Source: Octopus sinensis
Taxonomy: Eukaryota
Length of the DNA: 64,000 nucleotides
Direction of reading: 5' to 3'
Assembly: GCF_006345805.1 (NCBI RefSeq)
Contig: NC_042997.1
Location: 75,082,001-75,146,000 of the forward strand
This document shows, one piece after another, positions 55,335-64,000 of the stretch (positions are counted from its first letter, which is position 1; the number at the start of each line of letters is the position of its first letter). Position numbers and translations under genes: made by a program. The notes under the pieces were generated by a model. It did no database searches. It was given only the letters and a program-made list of their open reading frames with translations, and was not told the DNA's origin.

Positions 55335-55665
55335 TGTATATATGTATATATATATATCTGTTTATTTACTCTATTTGTGCGTCGAGTGTATTGTTTACTA
55401 TTGCTTTGCTTATTGTATTGCTGTATATATGTCGTGTGTTTATTTGTGTTTTTGTGCTATTGGTTTTTTGGTATAACATTTTTCCTCATATGAAAACGCA
55501 CGCGTGTTTATTTTCGTTTTCGATTTCAGTACGTTTTGATTCAGAGCGGCTTATCTGTTTATCTACTCTATTTGTGCGTCGAGTGTATTGTTTACTATTG
55601 CTTTGCTTATTGTATTGCTGTATATATGTCGTGTGTTTATTTGTGTTTTTGTGCTATTGGTTTTC
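55335..55665. repeat. Direct repeat of ~115-130 bp, period ~218 bp
   Basis: atctgtttat.tactctatttgtgcgtcgagtg...gtgctattggtttt at ~55335 and ~55553. Confidence 0.85.
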
Positions 55666-55754
55666 CTAATTAATTAATTTAGATATCTGTGTATGTAAGT
55701 GCTTTCGTACAGGTTTCGATCTAATTGATTAATTATTCTGTTGATATATATGTG

Positions 55755-55871
<117 letters not shown>

Positions 55872-56388
55872 CACGTGTATTGGAGAAATTGATCTTGCGA
55901 GATATACCTTTAAAACTGTTTTCTTATCTTTCGCTATCGTGCGCGTGTGTTATTTAGAACGGTAAATTTCGTGACAACAAGTGTCGATGTTTACAGGTTG
56001 TACATATCTGTGATGAATGGATATTTTTACTTTTATCTATATCTATATATGTAAGTATGTGTGTATATGTAACATATTGTAGCTATTCCTTCTCTTGCAT
56101 TCTCACACTCTCTCCCTCTCTCAAAATCTCTTTCTCTCTCTTTCTTTCACAGCCTCTCTGCCCCTCTATCTCTCCCTCGTAATCCTTTCTCTCGCTTTCC
56201 TGCACTACCTCTTTCTCCCCCCCTCTCTCGCTCTTTCCATCACACTATCTCTCCCCCCTCTCTCTCCTCACTCTCCCTTTCTCCTTCCTTTTCACTATCC
56301 CTTTCTCTTTCCCTCACGAACTCACTCCCTCCCTCCCAATCTCTCTCATTTTCTTTCCTTCAGACCCCCTTTCTCTATATCTCTCGCC

Positions 56389-59300
56389 AGAACAAATACA
56401 AGCTGCCCCAGAAATATGCAGACATAGTGCGGAATGCCCCAACAAGGAGAAGGCGCACATTTGCAGAGGAAATGCAGACGGCGGCAGCAGAACAAAGAAA
56501 TTTTGTGGAAATAGCAGAGAAAATTGTGGGACAACTGGCCTGGATACATCGTCTTCAGAGCCAGGGGCACTCACAACAGCACTCAAGACCACCACAATCA
56601 AGGGTCCCAGGGTGGCCACCGCTGACACCAGCCCAGGTGCCACACCGACAGCCTTTATTGACACCCCAAATATCTCACCAGTGCTTCTGCTGAATGTCAG
56701 AGGTCTGTGGTGAAACCCACTAATATGAGTAAAATTCCTTACCTTAGGGACTTAAGCACAAGCAACCATGCAATATGCATAGCGCTGACTGAAACGCACC
56801 TATCAAGCAGTATAGCAGATGCAGAAATACACATATCAAAGTATACTGTTTTTCGGTCAGACAGGAAGGAAGAACTCATGGTGGGGTGCCCTGTACGTCC
56901 GTGAAGATGTCACACCCATAGTACTGTTGACACACTCAAACTCAGTCTGTGACACACTGATAGTACACATGAAACAACCGAAAATAGTAATATGTGTCAC
57001 ATATCGGCCACCAGACACCCCTAGTCATGAAGGAGTGTTTGAAGATAGCCTCAGAAGAATAGAAGAAGTCCTGGACAAACTGGACCAGGGTAACACAATT
57101 CTACTGCTTGGAGATTTTAACCTTCCGAAAGTCAAATGGCCAGATGGCCATCTCCTCCCTGGAATGACATCACTTGAACAGAGACAGACAGAGTCCTTGT
57201 TGGCTCTCACACGCAAGTTTTTCATGGAACAAGCAGTGCTTCGGCCAACAAGAGGTGAGAATGTCTTGGACCTCTGTTTCACAAGCAACCCGATGCTCAT
57301 CCACAACATAATGGTAACACCAACAATTCTCTCAGATCACAACTTAGTAGAGGTAATGATATATGGTATGAGAGAGTTAGTTGAGACGCAGCCATTAGAA
57401 AATACCACAGGCCTATCCAGTCTAAACTTCCATAAGGCAAACTGGAAGAAGATCAACGAAGAGATCCGAAAACATGACTGGAGTGACTTCATCACCACAC
57501 AAGACACCAACACATTTCCAACATTTCATGACAACAATACAGAACATATGCCATAAGTTTGTCCCGGAGAAAAAAGCCAGCGGGCATAGGAACATTATTC
57601 CCAGAGACAGGAAAATACTTATGAGGCGAAGAGCTAAGCTCTCGAAGCAACTGAATGCACGGCAGAGAAACAATGAGGGACTCCACCTGAAACTTTTTGA
57701 AACGAAACTGCACTCAAACTTTCCTATGAGAAGGAGAGTGCAGAGAGAGAAGCCAGGGCCATAGAGAATATAAAACAAACCCTAAAGCTTTCATTAAATT
57801 TGCGAAAGAAACCACCTCGGTACACTGCAAGATTGGCCCACTCTTTGATAAAAAGGGCTCTCTAACTGAGGACCACCAAGGGATAAGTGAAATACTAAGG
57901 AACAGTATAAAAGTGTGTTCACATCCCCTCTGGGGCACATGCAAATCACAAACCCAGAAGTTTTCTTTGATGCCACAACACTCAAAACCAAACAACAACC
58001 ATCGACCACATAGACATAACAGAGAGGGATGTAATATCTGCCATAGAAGAAATGAGAATAAACTCAGCTGCTGGACCAGATGGATTCCCAGCAGTCTTCC
58101 TAAAAACATGCAGGCATGCCCTAGCGGGACCACTGAAGAAGCTCTTCAGTGGTTCCTTGGCTAACGGTAAACTGCCCAGGGCGCTAAAAGAAGGCACCAT
58201 ATGCCCTATCCACAAAGGAGGGAGTAGAGCAGAGGCCAAAAACTACAGGCCAGTCTCCCTGACGTCACACATAAGTAAGGTCATGGAACGAATCATCAGA
58301 AAAAACTGATCACGTTCCTCGAAGAAACTAACCGTCTCACTGACACACAGCATGGCTTTCGCCCAGGAAGAAGCTGCCTTACGCAGCTGTTACAACACTA
58401 CGACTGGGTACTGAAACAACTACTGGATCGCTCACAGGTGGATGTGGTATATCTCGACTTTGCGAAGGCCTTTGACAAAGTCGACCACGGAGTGATATGT
58501 CACAAATTACTCAGACTCGGCATAACAGGAAAAGTAGGTGAGTGGATACATGACTTCCTGAAGGACAGAAGCCAGATGGTTGCAGCCAATGGAGCCCTCT
58601 CGGGAAAGACACCAATAGCAAGCGGGGTGCCACAGGGCACAGTCTTGGGACCCTTGCTGTTTTTGGTGGCGCTCTCTGACATGCCCTTGGTAGCACAAAC
58701 AACATCCCTCACTAGCTATGCTGATGACACAAAGGTAGCACAGGCAATCAAAAACCCAGCTGATGCTGACCTTTTACAACAAGATCTGGATGCCATATAC
58801 AAATGGGATGAAGACAACAACATGCAATTTAATGCTGGTAAATTTCAAGCCTTACAATATCAAGCTGTAAACACATATACATTACAACACAACTATACTG
58901 GTCCATGAGGGATCGAAATCCCAGTATCGAAATCAATACGGGACCTGGGGATAGACATGAGTGACGATGCATCTTTTTCTTCACACATCGCGAAGGTGGC
59001 GACAATGTGCAGACGACTCACTGGCTGGATCCTGAGGACATTACGGACAAGAGACTGCGGGACCATGTTGACACTATGGAGGACATTTGTCCTAAGCCTC
59101 CTGGACTACTGCTCCCAACTGTGGTCACTGCATAGTGTCAAACTAACCACAGAGCTTGAGACAATCCAAAGACATTTCACCAAGAGGATTTCCACCATGA
59201 AAGAAAAGAACTATTGGGAGAGGCTTAGGGAACTCAATTTGTACTCCTTGGAATGAAGACGAGAGAGATATGCAGTGATATACATATGGAAAATCCTGGA

Positions 59301-59706
59301 GGGACTAGCACCAAATTTTGGAATTGAGAGCTGCTGTTCCAATCCCCGTACAGGACGTCACTGTGTGGTGCCAAAGGTCCCGTCTTCCACATCCAGGGTA
59401 AGGAGCAGATACTGTAATAGCCTGGGGTTCAGGGGCCCTCAGCTGTTCCACAAACTGCCAAGAAAACTAAGAGATCTACATGATGCGGATGTGGACATTT
59501 TCAAAAAACATCTAGACAAGCTGCTTTCCGGGATCCCAGATGAACCCACTGCAAGGTACGAAGGTAACCTAAGGGCAGCAGCTACAAACTCTCTCTTAGA
59601 TCAGTGGCCAGCCACGGCAAACTGGACTTAGAGAGGGTAGCAACAAGGGCGGTGCCCCAGCATGGCCTCAGCCGGATGGCTGAAACAAGTAAAAGAGTAA
59701 AAGAGA
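56389..59706 (+). mobile_element. CR1 subfamily C copy from the ORF1 C-terminus to the tail
   Basis: Near-identical to 47186-50480. RT motifs intact in pieces (58438-58908). Confidence 0.92.
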
Positions 59707-60043
59707 TATGTATATATATATATATGTATGTATGTATATATATATATATATATATATATAATTTCAACAATTGAGGGTAAAATTCATTAATTAATCAATT
59801 TCACCAAGTATTCAGTATGCAAAGGGACCAATTAAGGCGAATTCAAATTATTACATTATATAAAAGGGCTTAGTAAAATAAATTACTTTGCCGCATACTG
59901 AACTCATTAGAAATAGCAGCTAAAAAAACTTTTTTAAAGCTATTTCTAATACTTAAAGAAAACCTCTCTCATATAGTGTTTGCTCAATTCAACTCACGAA
60001 AGTATGGGGGTAGAGACATTAAAAATCAAATGCAAAGGTTATT

Positions 60044-60096
60044 TGAGAACGTACGTTTCAAGATTAGTCAAACTCGACATTTCTATCATCAGCTCA
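60044..60096 (-). ncRNA. Array HHR copy 1 (intact core)
   Basis: tgag-CTGATGA-t-aga(aat)gtc(gagttt)gac(taa)tct-t-GAA-ACGTACGT-T-ctca. Confidence 0.8.
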
Positions 60097-60598
60097 GAAC
60101 TCCCTGGTTTGGATTTGAAAACACTGTAAGTGGGAGCATACCCTTTCGGCTTCTTATCGCTTCTGAAGATCTGCTCGAAACAAACAGTGCCAGCAAACTC
60201 AAAAATGCAGCGAAAATTTCTGCTCTCTCCCCTTTCCACCAGCGTGGGTTAAAATCAGTAAACACTATGCTTTTTTCGGTAAAATCCGAGGCATTATATA
60301 GAGAGAGATGAATTATCATTTCAACAATTGAGGGTAAAATTAATTAATTAATCAATTTCACCAAGTATTCAGTATGCAAGGGACCAATTAAGGCGAATTC
60401 AAATTATTACATTATATAAAAGGGCTTAGTAAAATAAATTACTTTGCCGCATACTGAACTCATTAGAAATAGCAGCTAAAAAAACTTTTTTAAGCTATTT
60501 CTAATACTTAAAGAAAACCTCTCTCATATAGTGTTTGCTCAATTCAACTCACGAAAGTATGGGGGTAGAGACATTAAAAATCAAATGCAAAGGTTATT

Positions 60599-60650
60599 TG
60601 AGAACGTACGATTCAAGATTAGTCAACTCGACATTTCTATCATCAGCTCA
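60599..60650 (-). ncRNA. Array HHR copy 2 (A15.1>U)
   Basis: GAATCGTACGT instead of GAAACGTACGT. Confidence 0.65.
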
Positions 60651-61154
60651 GAACTCCCTGGTTTGGATTTGAAAACACTGAAAGTGTGAGCATACCCTTT
60701 CGGCTTCTTATCGCTTCTGAAGATCTGCTCGAAACTAACAGTGCCAGCAAACTCAAAAATGCAAGCGAAGAATTTCTGCTCTCCCCTTTCCACCAGCGTG
60801 GGTTAAAATCAGTAAACACTATGCTTTTTTCGGTAAAATCCGAGGCATTATATAGAGAGAGATGAATTATCATTTCAACAATTGAGGGTAAAATTAATTA
60901 ATTAATCAATTTCACCAAGTATTCAGTATGCAAAGGGACCAATTAAGGCGAATTCAAATTATTACATTATATAAAAGGGCTTAGTAAAATAAATTACTTT
61001 GCCGCATACTGAACTCATTAGAAATAGCAGCTAAAAAAACTTTTTTAAAGCTATTTCTAATACTTAAAGAAAACCTCTCTCATATAGTGTTTGCTCAATT
61101 CAACTCACGAAAGTATGGGGGTAGAGACATTAAAAATCAAATGCAAAGGTTATT

Positions 61155-61207
61155 TGAGAACGTACGTTTCAAGATTAGTCAAACTCGACATTTCTATCAC
61201 CAGCTCA
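61155..61207 (-). ncRNA. Array HHR copy 3 (A6>G)
   Basis: CTGGTGA core. Confidence 0.65.
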
Positions 61208-61710
61208 GAACTCCCTGGTTTGGATTTGAAAACACTGAAAGTGGGAGCATACCCTTTCGGCTTCTTATCGCTTCTGAAGATCTGCTCGAAACTAACAGTG
61301 CCAGCAAACTCAAAAATGCAAGCGAAGAATTTCTGCTCTCCCCTTTCCACCAGCGTGGGTTAAAATCAGTAAACACTATGCTTTTTTCGGTAAAATCCGA
61401 GGCATTATATAGAGAGAGATGAATTATCATTTCAACAATTGAGGGTAAAATTAATTAATTAATCAATTTCACCAAGTATTCAGTATGCAAAGGGACCAAT
61501 TAAGGCGAATTCAAATTATTACATTATATAAAAGGGCTTAGTAAAATAAATTACTTTGCCGCATACTGAACTCATTAGAAATAGCAGCTAAAAAAACTTT
61601 TTTAAGCTATTTCTAATACTTAAAGAAAACCTCTCTCATATAGTGTTTGCTCAATTCAACTCACGAAAGTATGGGGGTAGAGACATTAAAAATCAAATGC
61701 AAAGGTTATT

Positions 61711-61763
61711 TGAGAACGTACGTTTCAAGATTAGTCAATCTCGACATTTCTATCATCAGCTCA
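61711..61763 (-). ncRNA. Array HHR copy 4 (intact core)
   Basis: Intact core with one change in loop II. Confidence 0.8.
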
Positions 61764-62513
61764 GAACTCCCTGGTTTGGATTTGAAAACACTGAAAGTGG
61801 GAGCATACCCTTTCGGCTTCTTATCGCTTCTGAAGATCTGCTCGAAACTAACAGTGCCAGCAAACTCAAAAATGCAAGCGAAGAATTTCTGCTCTCCCCT
61901 TTCCACCAGCGTGGGTTAAAATCAGTAAACACTATGCTTTTTTCGGTAAAATCCGAGGCATTATATAGAGAGAGATGAATTATAATTTCAACAATTGAAG
62001 GTAAAATTAATTAATTAATCAATTTCACCAAGTATTCAGTATGCAAAGGGACCAATTAAGGCGAATTCAAATTATTACATTATATAAAAGGGCTTAGTAA
62101 AATAAATTACTTTGCCGCATACTGAACTCATTAGAAATAGCAGCTAAAAAAAACTTTTTTAAAGCTATTTCTAATATTACTAAGCCCTTTTATATAACGT
62201 AATAATTTGAATTCGCCTTAATTGGTCCCTTTGCATACTGAATACTTGCTGAAATTGATTAATTAATTAATTTTACCCTCAATTGTTGAAATTATAATTC
62301 ATCTCTCTCTATATAATGCCTCGGATTTTACCGAAAAAAGCATAGTGTTTACTGATTTTAACTCACGCTGGTGGAAAGGGGAGAGCAGAAATTCTTCGCT
62401 TGCATTTTTGAGTTTGCTGGCACTGTTAGTTTCGAGCAGATCTTCAGAAGCGATAAGAAGCCGAAAGGGTATGCTCACACTTTCAGTGTTTTCAAATCCA
62501 AACCAGGGAGTTC

Positions 62514-62566
62514 TGAGCTGATGATAGAAATGTCGAGTTTGACTAATCTTGAATCGTACGTTCTCA
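62514..62566 (+). ncRNA. Array HHR, inverted copy A (A15.1>U)
   Basis: tgag-CTGATGA...GAATCGTACGT-T-ctca. Confidence 0.65.
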
Positions 62567-63070
62567 AATAACCTTTGCATTTGATTTTTAATGTCTCTAC
62601 CCCCATACTTTCGTGAGTTGAATTGAGCAAACACTATATGAGAGAGGTTTTCTTTAAGTATTAGAAATAGCTTTAAAAAAGTTTTTTTAGCTGCTATTTC
62701 TAATGAGTTCAGTATGCGGCAAAGTAATTTATTTTACTAAGCCCTTTTATATAATGTAATAATTTGAATTCGCCTTAATTGGTCCCTTTGCATACTGAAT
62801 ACTTGGTGAAATTGATTAATTAATTAATTTTACCCTCAATTGTTGAAATGATAATTCATCTCTCTCTATATAATGCCTCGGATTTTACCGAAAAAAGCAT
62901 AGTGTTTACTGATTTTAACCCACGCTGGTGGAAAGGGGAGAGCAGAAATTTTTCGCTTGCATTTTTGAGTTTGCTGGCACTGTTTGTTTCGAGCAGATCT
63001 TCAGAAGCGATAAGAAGCCGAAAGGGTATGCTCCCACTTACAGTGTTTTCAAATCCAAACCAGGGAGTTC

Positions 63071-63123
63071 TGAGCTGATGATAGAAATGTCGAGTTTGAC
63101 TAATCTTGAAACGTACGTTCTCA
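63071..63123 (+). ncRNA. Array HHR, inverted copy B (intact core)
   Basis: CTGATGA at 63075-63081, GAA at 63108-63110, ACGTACGT at 63111-63118. Predicted cleavage after 63119. Confidence 0.8.
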
Positions 63124-63416
63124 AATAACCTTTGCATTTGATTTTTAATGTCTCTACCCCCATACTTTCGTGAGTTGAATTGAGCAAACACTATATGAGA
63201 GAGGTTTTCTTTAAGTATTAGAAATAGCTTTAAAAAAGTTTTTTTAGCTGCTATTTCTAATGAGTTCAGTATGCGGCAAAGTAATTTATTTTACTAAGCC
63301 CTTTTATATAATGTTATATATATATATATATATATATATATGATATATATATATATAATATATATATATATTATCTATATATATATATATCTATAATAAT
63401 ATATATATATAATATA

Positions 63417-63550
<134 letters not shown>

Positions 63551-63644
63551 ATATATATATATATATGTATGTATATATGTATATATATATATATATATGT
63601 ATGTATATAATATATATGTGTGTATATATATGTATGTATATAAT

Positions 63645-64000
63645 TGATTGATTGATTGATTGATTCTAGTTTCAGTATGAGCTGTGGCCATGCTGGGGCA
63701 CCGCCATTTGGTGTTGCTACTTGGTTTCACTTCATGGAGGCTTTCTAGCAAACTGCTTTTTGGTGCATGAGAGAGTTCGATGCAGCTGCCCTCATCTGCC
63801 CCTCCTGCCGTGAAGTTGGTTCATCTGGGACACCTGACAGGAAGAGATCCAGCTCCATTTTAAAGACATCTGTATCCACCCCATGCAGGTCTCTCAGGTT
63901 CTTCGGGAGGATATTGAAGAGCTATGGGCCTCGGAAGCCCAGGCTATCACAGAATCTTGTCCTACATCTTGATGGCAAGTTTGGAGTCCTAGGCACCACG
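63645..64000 (-). mobile_element. CR1 subfamily A 3' end, continuing beyond the window
   Basis: Reverse complement of ~32560-32910, including the (CAAT)n tail. Confidence 0.9.

Larger units (their letters stand above)
59761..63314. repeat. ~556-bp HHR-containing tandem array: 4 full units plus a partial unit, then an inverted arm
   Basis: Units start at 59761, 60318, 60872, 61429 and 61985 (the last ends at 62176). Inverted copies span 62177-63314. Flanked by (TA)n on both sides. Confidence 0.95.

Noticed and set aside
60163-60195. Second HHR-like string CTGAAGA...GAAAC on the opposite strand of the array unit
   Set aside because: No stem II or stem I pairing, and the triplet would be GUG (non-cleavable).
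59976-60311. 111-aa and 66-aa ORFs recurring in each 556-bp unit
   Set aside because: GTG starts, no recognisable domain, and broken in unit 2. They recur only because the DNA is repeated.
59761-62176. CRISPR-like or rDNA/snRNA tandem array
   Set aside because: No unique spacers, eukaryotic context, and no recognisable 5S, tRNA or snRNA sequence.

Overview
Eukaryotic, AT-rich, transposon-saturated DNA. The (TA)n/(TATG)n seas, the LINE set and the SINE type suggest a cephalopod such as Octopus; this is inference. Host genes are limited to one probable first coding exon of an axonemal outer-arm dynein heavy chain (12236-12442, -) and one frameshifted matrix-metalloproteinase exon (~15471-15749, +). 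Mobile elements: Tx1/L1-clade pieces, about ten CR1-clade LINE copies, an RTE fragment, two Penelope-like elements (one Naiad-type with a long RT+GIY-YIG ORF), a Merlin/IS1595-like transposase, Helitron-like elements, a fold-back MITE and a SINE. Main result: about 14-15 minimal type-I hammerhead ribozyme (HHR) motifs from roughly 9 different sequence families. Six lie in a ~556-bp tandem array with an inverted arm (59761-63314) that resembles a non-LTR retrozyme/ribozyme satellite, and one is a G3:C8 core-swap variant. Second result: the CR1-clade ORF1 appears to combine an N-terminal Myb/SANT-like (trihelix) domain with a CCCH zinc finger. All calls were made by eye with no database searches. 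Many 1-bp indels may be assembly errors.
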